A DNA stretch of 63,962 nucleotides, counting the filler, from an uncultured bacterium (GTDB taxonomy: Bacteria; CAZSTA01): NCBI GenBank assembly GCA_964609495.1. It is 6 parts of 6 records of this genome, joined end to end, with 100 filler letters (N's around TTAATTAATTAA, not from the genome) between each part and the next. Parts side by side here need not be neighbours in the genome. Positions count along the whole stretch, not along the records: positions 33,818 to 44,836 come from CAZSTA010000120.1; positions 44,937 to 55,809 come from CAZSTA010000122.1; 4 more parts are not named here. One strand, written 5' to 3'. Positions within the stretch are counted from its first letter, which is position 1. Each line of letters begins with the position of its first letter. Positions 39,164-49,183 of this stretch are shown here, one piece after another. Both the position numbers and the translations under genes were made by a program. The notes under the pieces were generated by a model. It was not told the DNA's origin, ran no database searches, and saw nothing but the letters and a program-made list of their open reading frames with translations.

Positions 39164-40564
39164 TTATGATAATTCCTCAACATATTTCTTCATCATCCGT
39201 AAAGCGGAGAGCGGATAGATCGTGCTTAGCAAACCCATCGCCCAAAGTATATATCTCTTATCTATCAAGAGCTTTGCCGCTTTTGGTTTCAAAAGCCATG
39301 GCTCATCCTCGGAGGCAATAGCCTCCTCTAATATTCGAGCAGGCTCTTTGCTATGGGCGAATATTCCCCCCGTCCCAATTATATGTTCAATATCCGATAG
39401 ATCCTTTCCCCTTTGAATAAAGATAGTTCCTGTTTCCACAGATACCTCCTCTAAAGTTCCTACGTGTCTATCCACGGCAAGTTTAACCGCAGATCTGCTC
39501 ATTCCCAGGTCGATAGCGATCTTTTCAGGATCAGTGGGGATCATTCCTACCTCCTCAGCTAACTGTTCAACGTAATCTCTCAGATCGAAGCTCAGCTCCT
39601 TCAAACTGCTCTTAGCTAAGATCATCTCCTCCCCCGTGGCTTCTAAGAGCGTAGGAGCGCTGACGCGCAACCCCAGATCGCCCTCTACTGTCCGCTGGGC
39701 ATAAGGATCGGGAAGACCTCGCTTTATAACCTTTGTCTTAGTGGGTTTCCCCTTAGCTATCGAATGAACATCGGTGGTAGCTCCTCCTAGGTCAACAGTT
39801 AGCAATTCTCCTATCCCTTTCCCCTCCCCGACTCCATCTGCCAAAAGCTGGACTGCTTTCAAAACCGCGGTTGGAGTGGGCATTAAAATATCATCTATCA
39901 TTCCTTCAACCTTAGCTATCCCCTTGGCATAGATGATATTCTCCATAAATAGCTGACGGATCACTTCCTTAACCGGTTCGATATTCAACCTCCCCAGTTC
40001 AGGAAGGACATTATCCGTTATCTTGCTCTCTTTGTTATGCTCCCTCAATATTCCCTCGATCTCATCCCTTGCCTCCTTATTCCCGGCGACGATGATGGGA
40101 GAAACTATATTCGTGTGGGCTAAAGCTTCGGCATTATGAACTACCGTCTCCCGATCTCCCCCATCCGTCCCTCCAGTTAGGAGAATAATATCTGGGGAGA
40201 TATTCGTTATCTCCTCGATCTCCTTGGAGGTAAGCTTATAGGAGAAGGTCTTCAATACTTTAGCTCCTGCTCCTAAAGCCGCTCTCTTAGCCGCCTCAAC
40301 AGTGAAGTCTGGAACTAGACCGATAGCGATCATTCTCAATCCACCAGCGGCGCTGCTACAGGCTAATTTAAATTCGAAATCATCCTCAGATATCCCTTCT
40401 AACTTCGCTAAGGCCTCTTGATAGCCGAGGGTGATATCTGTCTCGACGGTGGTGGAGGCTTGAGTATCAGCTACTATTGTTTCCCTATCTACGTCGATCG
40501 CTACTAGCTTAGTGAAGGTACTCCCGAAATCGATCAAAAGGCCATAGCTTTTTTTCTTCTCCAT
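39164..40564 (-). CDS. glmL: Glutamate mutase accessory/reactivating protein GlmL (MutL-type, ASKHA fold)
   Basis: DFGSTFTK, CSSAAGGL, LLTGGTDGG, MPTP, DLGGATTDVHS, RTVEGDLG. Confidence 0.92.
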   Translation of the reverse strand: MEKKKSYGLLIDFGSTFTKLVAIDVDRETIVADTQASTTVETDITLGYQEALAKLEGISEDDFEFKLACSSAAGGLRMIAIGLVPDFTVEAAKRAALGAGAKVLKTFSYKLTSKEIEEITNISPDIILLTGGTDGGDRETVVHNAEALAHTNIVSPIIVAGNKEARDEIEGILREHNKESKITDNVLPELGRLNIEPVKEVIRQLFMENIIYAKGIAKVEGMIDDILMPTPTAVLKAVQLLADGVGEGKGIGELLTVDLGGATTDVHSIAKGKPTKTKVIKRGLPDPYAQRTVEGDLGLRVSAPTLLEATGEEMILAKSSLKELSFDLRDYVEQLAEEVGMIPTDPEKIAIDLGMSRSAVKLAVDRHVGTLEEVSVETGTIFIQRGKDLSDIEHIIGTGGIFAHSKEPARILEEAIASEDEPWLLKPKAAKLLIDKRYILWAMGLLSTIYPLSALRMMKKYVEELS

Positions 40565-40683
40565 TCTCGAATCACCGCAATATCAAAGATTTCGTTCGAA
40601 GCTATGATGAGTCTAATTTCTCTTTAGATTCTAAGAGAAAACTGCTCTTTTGTCAACAATTTTGGAGATTTTTATAAGAAGTT

Positions 40684-40764
40684 GGCTTGAAGCCCTCTAT
40701 CCTTCAGAGTGGAGGATTGATTTGCCAAAAAATACTTGACAAATTGAACATTTTTGTCTATAAC
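40684..40764 (+). mobile_element. IS605-end-like hairpin plus sigma70 promoter cassette, copy 2, upstream of mnmG
   Basis: GGCTTGAAGCCCTCTATCCTTCAGAGTGGAGGATTGATTTGCCAAAAAATAC-TTGACA-17-TATAAC. Confidence 0.7.
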
Positions 40765-40825
40765 TAAAGTATGAGGAAGACTATACAAAAAAACCCCTTC
40801 TAGATATACTGAGGCTGGAGAGATT

Positions 40826-42703
40826 ATGGAAAATTATGATGTGATAGTCGTTGGAGCAGGACATGCCGGATGTGAGTCTGCTCTAGCCGCAGCTCGAATA
40901 GGATGTCGAACTCTGATGTTGACTTTGAATATAGAGAATGTGGCGTTGATGCCTTGTAATCCCTCGATTGGGGGACCTGCTAAAGGACATCTGGTGCGGG
41001 AGATCGATGCTCTTGGCGGGGAGATAGGGGTCAACATAGATAAAACCCTGATTAATATTAGAATGCTTAACACCAGTAAAGGCCCTGCGGTTCGCGCCCT
41101 TCGTGCTCAAGCTGATAAGAAGCTCTATCAACATGAGATGAAGCGAGCCTTGATGCGTCAGGAAGGATTAGACTTAAAACAAGGACTAGTTACTGATATC
41201 ATAGCTCATAATGGTAAAGTGGAGGGGGTAAGAACGATAGCGGGAGATGAATATCGAGCGAAGACGGTAATAGTTACTACTGGGACTTTCCTGAATGGGC
41301 TGATCCATATCGGAGAGGTATCCTATCCCGCAGGAAGACAGGGTGAATTCCCCTCGATACATTTATCGGATAGTTTGAGGAAGCTGGGGTTGGAATTAGG
41401 GAGGTTGAAGACAGGCACAGTTCCTAGATTAGATGCTCGAACTATAGACTATTCTCGATTGAAGGAGCAGAGGGGCGATGAAGAGCCATTAAACTTCTCC
41501 TTTACCTCTCCTATCTATGAGAGAGAGCAGGTATCCTGCTGGCTGACTTACACCACAAAGGAGACTCGCGATATAATATTGCGCAATCTTCATCGCTCGC
41601 CTCTTTACGGAGGTAAGATCAAAGGGATCGGACCTCGTTACTGTCCATCTATTGAGGATAAGATCGTTCGTTTCGCTGACAAGGAAACTCATCATGCTTT
41701 TCTAGAACCAGAAGGGATAACGACTAATGAGGTATATTTACAAGGGATCGCCACCAGTCTGCCCGCAGATGTGCAACTGGATATGGTCCACTCGATAATA
41801 GGTTTGGAGAATGCGGAAATTATGCGGTGGGGATATGCGATAGAATATGATTTCGTATTTCCCACCCAGTTGAAGCCCACACTTGAGACTAAGAAGATCT
41901 CAGGTCTTTTCTTGGCTGGACAGGTAAATGGGACCTCGGGATATGAGGAGGCTGGTGGTCAGGGCATTATGGCGGGGATCAACGCCGCTCTGAAGGTTAG
42001 AAGGCAGGAGCCGTTGATCTTGGATAGATCTCAGGCCTATATCGGAGTTCTGATAGATGATCTAGTAACTAAGGGGACTAAAGAGCCTTATAGAATGTTC
42101 ACCTCTAGGGCGGAATATAGATTACTGCTTCGTCAGGATAACGCTGATCTTCGCCTAACTCCTATAGGATACAAGATAGGTCTTATTCCTAAGGAGAGAT
42201 ATCGCTTATTCTTGGAGAAGAGAGAGATACTGGAGAAACAACTAGATCGCTTAGGCAAGATATCCTTAAAGCCTGAGGAAGAGGTCCAATCCTCCTTACG
42301 CTCGGTGGGAAGTAGCGAGATAAGGCAAGCTGTCAGACTCTCGGAGCTACTGCGCAGACCTGAGATCAGCTATGAGTTGCTATCTAAAATCACCTCCGAG
42401 CTTCCTTCCCTACCGAGAGATATAATCGAGGAGTTGGAGATTCAAATTAAATATGATGGATACATAAAGCGAGAACTACAGCAGGTTGAACGCTTCAAGA
42501 AGCTAGAAAATAGGGGAATACCTGATGATATAGATTATGATGAGGTATATGGATTATCAACTGAAGCTAGGCAGAAGTTAAAAGCTATAAGACCGATATC
42601 GATAGGGCAAGCTCAACGCATATCTGGTATCAGCCCTTCCGATATATCTGTGCTGATGATATATTTAGAGCGGAGGAAGAGAAGTTCACAAAGCTATAAA
42701 TAA
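40826..42703 (+). CDS. mnmG: tRNA uridine 5-carboxymethylaminomethyl modification enzyme MnmG (GidA), full length
   Basis: [49 protein letters not shown]. Confidence 0.98.
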   Translation: MENYDVIVVGAGHAGCESALAAARIGCRTLMLTLNIENVALMPCNPSIGGPAKGHLVREIDALGGEIGVNIDKTLINIRMLNTSKGPAVRALRAQADKKLYQHEMKRALMRQEGLDLKQGLVTDIIAHNGKVEGVRTIAGDEYRAKTVIVTTGTFLNGLIHIGEVSYPAGRQGEFPSIHLSDSLRKLGLELGRLKTGTVPRLDARTIDYSRLKEQRGDEEPLNFSFTSPIYEREQVSCWLTYTTKETRDIILRNLHRSPLYGGKIKGIGPRYCPSIEDKIVRFADKETHHAFLEPEGITTNEVYLQGIATSLPADVQLDMVHSIIGLENAEIMRWGYAIEYDFVFPTQLKPTLETKKISGLFLAGQVNGTSGYEEAGGQGIMAGINAALKVRRQEPLILDRSQAYIGVLIDDLVTKGTKEPYRMFTSRAEYRLLLRQDNADLRLTPIGYKIGLIPKERYRLFLEKREILEKQLDRLGKISLKPEEEVQSSLRSVGSSEIRQAVRLSELLRRPEISYELLSKITSELPSLPRDIIEELEIQIKYDGYIKRELQQVERFKKLENRGIPDDIDYDEVYGLSTEARQKLKAIRPISIGQAQRISGISPSDISVLMIYLERRKRSSQSYK

Positions 42704-42786
42704 TATTTAGATATCAATTGGGATACAGAATAAGTATAACTCTACGAATGAATTTATAGATGACGATTAGGAAAATGGTGACACCT

Positions 42787-43161
42787 ATGGTTAAGCTGAA
42801 GCAACATAAGGTTATATTAGAAGGCAAAGCTCCGCGGGATAGAAGTATCAGGCTACGCCCTATGACTGAAGATGATTGGGATATTTTAGCCAAGTGGAAT
42901 AGCGATCCAGAGGTTCTTTACTACTCCGAAGGAGACGATGTTACTTCCTATACTCTTGAGGAAGTCCAGGAGATATATCGTTCAACATGTAAAAATGCAT
43001 TCTGTTTCATTATTGAGGTTGACGGCGAACCAATTGGAGAATGCTGGCTTCAGAAGATGAATCTTGAGAGAATTATCCAGGAGTATCCTGATTTAGATTG
43101 CCGTCGAATCGACTTGATGATTAAGGAGAAGTTCTTCGAGAAAAGAGATAAGGAACGATGA
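42787..43161 (+). pseudogene. GNAT (RimJ/AAC(6')-like) acetyltransferase, C-terminally truncated
   Basis: RLRPMTEDD...PIGECW...RIDLMI, then stops before the acetyl-CoA-binding R/QxxGxG motif. Confidence 0.6.
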
Positions 43162-43200
43162 AATGATAGCTTCATATGTCTTGGGAATATAAACAATAAA

Positions 43201-43233
43201 AATCATCGATCTCTTCGCCAGAGATCGATGATT
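43201..43233. terminator. Hairpin between convergent genes (probable bidirectional terminator)
   Basis: AATCATCGATCTCT-TCGCC-AGAGATCGATGATT perfect 14-bp stem. Confidence 0.75.
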
Positions 43234-43267
43234 AATAAGCAAAAGTGGCTAATTTACATCCCCTTTC

Positions 43268-43636
43268 TTACCAATAACAATCGGGAGGATCCACAATTGG
43301 ATAAGGATCGTAATACGGTGGATCTACAATTGGATAGGGACAGGGATCATCGTATATATATGGTGGTTCTACGATCGGGTGAGGATTGCATATAGGTGGC
43401 CTTTTAAATGGATAGGGAGCATGGTAGGGTGGCTCCACGATTGGATAGGGATAGCGTATACGATCTGGAGCTATGATTATTATTATCACGTACGGAGGGC
43501 GGCGATCATATATATCGATCGGACGCCTCTCATACGGCCTCCTGATGTAGATTCTTTGTGATGTCTCCTCTGCAAAAGCCAATGAGCAAGCCACTAATGT
43601 AAGAAGTGTTATCCCTAATATTAAGTATCTTTTCAT
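43268..43636 (-). CDS. Small secreted Pro/Tyr-rich repeat protein
   Basis: Signal peptide ending in AFA; four P-x-PIV(E/D)PP units. Confidence 0.75.
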   Translation of the reverse strand: MKRYLILGITLLTLVACSLAFAEETSQRIYIRRPYERRPIDIYDRRPPYVIIIIIAPDRIRYPYPIVEPPYHAPYPFKRPPICNPHPIVEPPYIYDDPCPYPIVDPPYYDPYPIVDPPDCYW

Positions 43637-43880
43637 CTTTAGATTCTCTCCTCATCAATAAGATTTTCTTAGCTATTACTTATAAGATTTGGAGAGCTAA
43701 AAGTTTCAACTAAATAGAAATTTGTCCTGGAGTTAGAGATATAAGATGAAAAAAAGAGCTGGGCGGCAAGTTGAAGGCTGGAACCAGTAGTATTTTCAAT
43801 TCTCAAGCGGAATTATCATTATTTCTACTATGGCTTACTTATCCCTCAGCCTGCCACTTATTGAACATTACGTCTAACAA

Positions 43881-44375
43881 TCAGGGTAGTGCTATTGATA
43901 TTGGGGTAGATTCGTTGTTGGTCTCGTTGCTTTCCTTTACCCTGCAATAATCGGGCATAGACTCGTCGCCACTGCAACTATCAGCGATAGCTTTCAAGGA
44001 AACGGTCACGTTATGTACCGTAGGGGAGAAGGTTACTTTTCCTTCGAAGGTCACGGTTGACCCTGAGTCCAACGCACCAGTTGTATAGGGATACCAAGTA
44101 TCACTTTGCCCTGGAACAGTGAAGGCAACTACGAAAGTGCCACCGGAGCCGGTGTATTTTGTGGCTACCTTGAAGATACCAGCTGACTCAGTACCTTGAT
44201 TCTTGACTATAACGCGGATAGGCACTTCAACACTGCCTGCAGGGTTTATAGTAACAGGGCCTGTGGTCACCAAGGTAGAAACCACCAAGTCTGGCAAATT
44301 TGTTTCCACATATATACAACTGGACATTGAAAGGATTATGCATACGGCAAACACAACTAATATATAGCGTTTTAT
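43881..44375 (-). CDS. CARDB/Ig-like lipoprotein; probable ATA start
   Basis: LPDLVV...V.VKNQG...ESNETNN CARDB motifs; AAGGAGGT SD 7 nt before ATA at 44375; signal ending in SMSSC. Confidence 0.75.
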   Translation of the reverse strand: MKRYILVVFAVCIILSMSSCIYVETNLPDLVVSTLVTTGPVTINPAGSVEVPIRVIVKNQGTESAGIFKVATKYTGSGGTFVVAFTVPGQSDTWYPYTTGALDSGSTVTFEGKVTFSPTVHNVTVSLKAIADSCSGDESMPDYCRVKESNETNNESTPISIALP

Positions 44376-44483
44376 ATTTTACACCTCCTTAAATAAAGAT
44401 ATATGCCTAATATTCTCAAGGCGATCAAGACATATCTTTCCTACAATTGAGACTCTTTAAGGTTGAGTAAAAGAGTCCGACAA

Positions 44484-44836
44484 TTAGGGTAGCGCTATTG
44501 ATATTGGGGTAGATTCGTTGTTGGTCTCGTTGCTTTCTTCTACCCTGCAATAGTCGGGCATAAACTCGTCGCCACTGCAGCTGTCGGCGATAGCTTTCAA
44601 GGAGACGGTCACATTATGTACCGTATAGTAGAAGGTTACTTTTCCTGCGAAGGTCACAGTTGCCCCTGAAGCCAGGGAAGTATTTGTAAAGGGATACCAG
44701 ACACTACTTTGCCCTGGAACAGTGAAGGCAACTACGAAAGTGCCATCGGGCCCAGTGTATTCTGTGGCTACCTTGAAGATTCCAGCTGAAGCAGTGCCCT
44801 GATTTTTGACTATGACGCGAATAGGTACTTCCACGG
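44484..44836 (-). CDS. CARDB-domain paralog, 5' partial
   Basis: Highly similar to 43881-44231; cut by contig end. Confidence 0.8.
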
Positions 44837-44936
44837 NNNNNNNNNNNNNNNNNNNNNNNNNNNNNNNNNNNNNNNNNNNNTTAATTAATTAANNNNNNNN
44901 NNNNNNNNNNNNNNNNNNNNNNNNNNNNNNNNNNNN
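44837..44936. other. Artificial contig linker
   Basis: N44-TTAATTAATTAA-N44. Confidence 0.99.
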
Positions 44937-45032
44937 CTTTATTCAGAATTTATCCATCTCGGATACGAATATCTATTTTCCCCTTCATCTCTATTATCCT
45001 AAAAATGGGGGGAAGTTTCAACTATTTTTGCC

Positions 45033-46673
45033 TCAACTAGTTCTCGCTCTAAGTGAACGTAACTTATTCTTAATCAGCCTTATTATCTGATATATCTCCT
45101 CCCCTTTTAAGATGATGGATACTGTTATATATACCGCTACACTCCCCAGTAACGATGTGGCTACTTGAATCATTGAGAAGAGAAATTTACTTGTATCCGT
45201 AAGCGCTTCTAAACCAGTGGATATCAGAAAGGCTGTCAATCCTAGTGCTAGGGAAGACAAAACCATTTTTAGGATCGCAAATATAATCCTTCGCAGGCCG
45301 ATCCCCTTTAATCTACGTTGAGCGAGCCAGAAGAGGATGAGCGTATTGACTATACCAGCAATCGAGGTTGCCAGAGCTAACCCTCCTACTTTCATAGGAC
45401 CTATCAAGATCAGATTCAGAACTATATTTAGTCCAACGGAGAAAGCACCGATTATCATCGGAGATTTGGTGTCTCCTAAAGCATAGAAGAGGCGATTAAG
45501 GAGATGAACAGTTCCATATCCGAAGAGACCAAAAGAATAATAGAAAAGAGCGATCGCAGTTATAGCTGTGGCTTGACTGGTAAAACGGTGCCTTTGAAAG
45601 ATCAGACGGATAAGGGGATACCTCAGGACCATCAATCCCACGGCGGAAGGTAAAAGGATGAAGAAGATAAGCCGAACCGCCTCGGATAAACTATCCTTCA
45701 AGCCAGATGTATCATCTTCAGCTACCTGTTTGGCGAAGAGAGGTAGGGATACAGTTGAGATCGCCACTCCAAAGACGCCATAGGGAAGTTGAATTAACCT
45801 GGTGGCATATTGCATAGCGGAGATACTTCCCTCAATTAAGCCCGAGGCTAGCTTTCTATCCACCAGTATATTGAGCTGAGTGACAGCTAACCCTAGAGCG
45901 ACCGGTCCCATAAGGCGAAGGATCTCTTTAATTCCCGGATGATCTAGGGAAGGGATGAACTTAAATCTAAAGCCCCGCTTTACTACACTTGGGACCTGAA
46001 TTAGCCACTGTCCCATACCTCCCACCAGAACTCCTAAGGCGGCGGCATAGATCGGATTGCCCAGCGAAGGGCTCAACACCACAATAAAAGCGATCTCGGT
46101 TATAGAGAGCATAATGGGGGCGATAGCCGGCCATAGGAAGTGCTGATGAGAATTGAGCATCCCCATAGTAAGAGCGGCTAGGGAGATAAATCCTAGAAAG
46201 GGGAACATTATCCTCGTCAAAGAGATGGTCAGATTCAACTTCTCTATATCATTTTTAAAATTAGCAACGGTCAATCCTCTAACGAGTAGGGGAGAAAATA
46301 ATATCCCTACTGCAAGAGCTATTAATAACACTATAACTAGCAGGCTGAATACTATATTCGCTAACTTCCAAGCCTCTTCCTTGCTCTCCTTAGTTAGATA
46401 ATAGGTAAAGACGGGGATAAAAGCGGTGCTTAAAGCTCCCTCCGCGAGTAATTGACGGAGGAAGTGAGGGATAGTATATGCTATCGAAAAGGCATCATAT
46501 TGACCGCTAGCTCCGAAATAAGCGGCGATCACCACTTCCCTTGCCAAGCCCAATACTCGGCTTAATAGGGTCGCTAGCATAACTATTCCAGTGAGCTTCG
46601 CTATCCTTCCCCTTCTGGTTTCACTTGCTATCTCTTGGGGGAACTCTCCAATATCTCTCTGAGATTCAGTCAT
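45033..46673 (-). CDS. murJ: Lipid II flippase MurJ (MviN)
   Basis: SRVLGLARE, LLAEGALSTAFIPVF, YATRLIQLP, FYALGDTKSP. Confidence 0.96.
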   Translation of the reverse strand: MTESQRDIGEFPQEIASETRRGRIAKLTGIVMLATLLSRVLGLAREVVIAAYFGASGQYDAFSIAYTIPHFLRQLLAEGALSTAFIPVFTYYLTKESKEEAWKLANIVFSLLVIVLLIALAVGILFSPLLVRGLTVANFKNDIEKLNLTISLTRIMFPFLGFISLAALTMGMLNSHQHFLWPAIAPIMLSITEIAFIVVLSPSLGNPIYAAALGVLVGGMGQWLIQVPSVVKRGFRFKFIPSLDHPGIKEILRLMGPVALGLAVTQLNILVDRKLASGLIEGSISAMQYATRLIQLPYGVFGVAISTVSLPLFAKQVAEDDTSGLKDSLSEAVRLIFFILLPSAVGLMVLRYPLIRLIFQRHRFTSQATAITAIALFYYSFGLFGYGTVHLLNRLFYALGDTKSPMIIGAFSVGLNIVLNLILIGPMKVGGLALATSIAGIVNTLILFWLAQRRLKGIGLRRIIFAILKMVLSSLALGLTAFLISTGLEALTDTSKFLFSMIQVATSLLGSVAVYITVSIILKGEEIYQIIRLIKNKLRSLRARTS

Positions 46674-47001
46674 ATATCGCTACTCTTTCGCTCTTTATCC
46701 TCATATCCTAATATAGGTTGGGTACATATTCTATCATAAAGTAAAATTCTTGCTTTTCAGGACACTTATCTTAACCTTTTCTCTTACATTCCATCTTCTC
46801 AGATACAGATAGCTTGATATTATGATAACATAGAGAGATTTAGGAGTCAAGAGGATTAAAAATATTATTCTAGCTAGACAACCTACCGATTATAACTTCG
46901 ATTAAGATCATCATCTCTACTTATAGATTATATCGCTAAAAAGAAAAAGAGCCAGATCGCTGAGGTCTGACCCTTCCTGGAATATTTCGCTTAATCTTAA
47001 C

Positions 47002-47310
47002 TTAACCTGCCTTCCTCAACTTTTCTATCCCTCTGCTAGGCCATATTCTCCTAATGCTATAAATACATCTATACAGCCACCTTTTCTCCCTAAGCTTCCT
47101 CCGTTTTATCGCTTCATTAAGTTCTGTAATTAATTGCTTAGGAGTTATATTGTGATCAGCGGCGAAGAAGAGAATAGGCTTTCGAGGAACTTCTGGCCCC
47201 TCGAAGGCACTCACTCCGTATCTATGGAACACCCTCCTACACTCAGGATATCGGGCTGTTACCTCTTCAATCGTCATCTTGCTATGAATCTTATCACGTA
47301 GACTTGACAT
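47002..47310 (-). CDS. DUF1858/ScdA_N-like small protein
   Basis: MTIEEVTARYPECRRVF...HNI...LITELNEAI pattern. Confidence 0.6.
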   Translation of the reverse strand: MSSLRDKIHSKMTIEEVTARYPECRRVFHRYGVSAFEGPEVPRKPILFFAADHNITPKQLITELNEAIKRRKLREKRWLYRCIYSIRRIWPSRGIEKLRKAG

Positions 47311-47594
47311 CTTTATCCCCCCTTGAGGGCAGCCGAGAGCCTTATCCTTATTAAGAGGTAATTTTTTACAACCTCATTCGCCTTGTCCTCTATTCCTTGT
47401 GCCTCCTCTTATAGAAAACTTGAATTGAACTCTAGTAAATTGGAACTTATTAACTCAAACCTCCCCCCTAATGCTTAATACGTGATTTGAGGAAAGCTCA
47501 TAACTGGTGTGTAAATTTTGCCACAACGAAGACAAGGCTCGTCCCAAATAAGGCTGAACAACCGCCTACCCGAATATTTGTTGTATGATAGTAA

Positions 47595-47611
47595 AGCAAA
47601 AATTATGCCAA
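47595..47611 (-). promoter_or_regulatory. Putative sigma54 (-24/-12) promoter
   Basis: TTGGCATAATTTTTGCT, GG-N10-GC. Confidence 0.5.
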
Positions 47612-47727
47612 TGTAGCGGTATCATTAAGGAGGGCACTAAATTAATCTATATTCTTATAGTCGTAGATGAATTATATCCAATCACTATTAATACTAAAAC
47701 AGGACAAATTATGTTTCATTCCTTTCC

Positions 47728-48792
47728 CTAATTGTAATACCCGAAATCCTCGACCGCTTCGAAGAAGGCTACCACATTGTTCCAAGGGATGCTCGCCTCG
47801 ATGTCATAAGCAGGAGCGGCTATGAATCCTCCTCCTCTTCTCATCGTCTCTATCCGCAACTTAACCTCCCCTCTTATATCCTCTGGACTGCCAAACTGCC
47901 AAAGAGAGGCGCTGCCTATCGCCCCGATGAAGGATAGCCTTTCTCCATATAGCTCCTTCAACTTAGCAGGGTTCATAACATCGGGTTGAACTGGGTGAAG
48001 CAGATCGACCCCGATCTCGATCAGATCTGGAATGATGGGTTCTATATATCCATCGCTGTGATAGAAGATATGAATCTCTGGCTTTACGCTCTTGGCAGCC
48101 GCTATAACCTCAGCTAAATGCGGTTTCAATAGCTTTCGCCACATAGTGGGACTGATGATCATCCCGGTTGGCATTCCCACATCGTCATCTAGGGCGAGGA
48201 TATCTGCATCTGCCTGCGCGACAACAAGGCTATTATGAGCTGTCATATCGCTGATTTGATCGAAGAGATAAGTGGCTAGCTCTGGCTCATACACTAAATC
48301 CCCCAATAGCTTCTGAAATCCCCTCAATCTCCAAGCACTCTCGAATATCTCCCCTCCTAGATGAGGCAGATGAGCAATTACCGCCAGGTCCTTTTTATGA
48401 AGTTCTTCAACCTCCTGTTTCAGATATCGGTAGCGATATTCAGCGGTGATATCGGGGAATTTATACTCTCTTATCTCCTCGATAGTTGTAGCTTCACTTA
48501 GAGGATTAACTTCCTTGAGATCGGGCTTATATCCCCATTCACTATAGGTTTTTAAGATGGATATCTCTCCGATATCTATATCCTTAGGTAGTTTTTGGAG
48601 ATACTCGGTGAAATCTAATTCCCTTCGACTAGATTCGAAGTGGAGGGGGCGAATTTCGATACCAAAGTAATCGGAGGTATCTTCGGGAGCCATCTTCTTC
48701 GAGAACCATTCTCCCGGCCATATAATCGTCTTGGGAACTTTATCAGGTTCTTTCCTAGCTAGAGTGGTCAATACCCTCTCTCTTGGAGTCAT
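47728..48792 (-). CDS. Uroporphyrinogen decarboxylase family (MtaA/CmuA-like) protein
   Basis: MTPRERV...PDKVP, DDVG, HSDG, PVQP, GGGFIAAP. Confidence 0.88.
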   Translation of the reverse strand: MTPRERVLTTLARKEPDKVPKTIIWPGEWFSKKMAPEDTSDYFGIEIRPLHFESSRRELDFTEYLQKLPKDIDIGEISILKTYSEWGYKPDLKEVNPLSEATTIEEIREYKFPDITAEYRYRYLKQEVEELHKKDLAVIAHLPHLGGEIFESAWRLRGFQKLLGDLVYEPELATYLFDQISDMTAHNSLVVAQADADILALDDDVGMPTGMIISPTMWRKLLKPHLAEVIAAAKSVKPEIHIFYHSDGYIEPIIPDLIEIGVDLLHPVQPDVMNPAKLKELYGERLSFIGAIGSASLWQFGSPEDIRGEVKLRIETMRRGGGFIAAPAYDIEASIPWNNVVAFFEAVEDFGYYN

Positions 48793-48900
48793 TATATATC
48801 ACCCTTTCCTAACCATTTACTTAACAACTCTTTTCCGCTCCTCTGTGATATCTGGTGGTCCCCCTTAACGATGTTGATATATAATAAGCATTAATGTATA

Positions 48901-49117
48901 ATGTACTGACAGATCACATCTGGACTATCAAACTTCGAACGAAGCCCCGAGGCTTGTCCCGTTCTGCGTCACCCTTTTAGCTCTTGTTAAAGTTATAGTA
49001 AATCCTACAGGAAGAACCTCAAAACAAGCTCCTGACTAAAGAGGAAGCTGCGGCCTCCGGATTTACCGCTTGCAATCCTTCATTTAAACCTGCCCTAAAT
49101 AGGCGTTTGTCAGCAGT
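48901..49117. mobile_element. Degenerate MITE-like remnant
   Basis: Imperfect ends (TACTGACAGA ... GTTTGTCAGCAGT) reminiscent of IS1182-type inverted repeats; internal GAAGCCCCGAGGCTTG hairpin fragment; no ORF. Confidence 0.35.
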
Positions 49118-49146
49118 AACTAAGACTATATCATTCCCTGACTGTT

Positions 49147-49182
49147 CTAGAAAGCGCTAGCATCAAGATAAAAGTGATTCAC
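49147..49182 (-). pseudogene. Truncated VapC/PIN toxin (11 codons)
   Basis: GTG start right after the antitoxin stop; MNHFYLDASAF* matches the PIN N-terminal YLDAS motif. Confidence 0.65.
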
Positions 49183-49183
49183 C

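Noticed and set aside
39164-40564. DNA mismatch repair MutL
   Set aside because: Name clash only; the motifs are those of the glutamate-mutase accessory protein GlmL
43872-43880. GTTAGAC after the CARDB gene as an integron attC core
   Set aside because: No matching RYYYAAC or attC hairpin; the paralog has GTCGGAC; no integrase
43881-44836. Duplicated segment considered as a DGR template/variable repeat pair
   Set aside because: Mismatches involve all four bases and many are synonymous; no reverse transcriptase nearby
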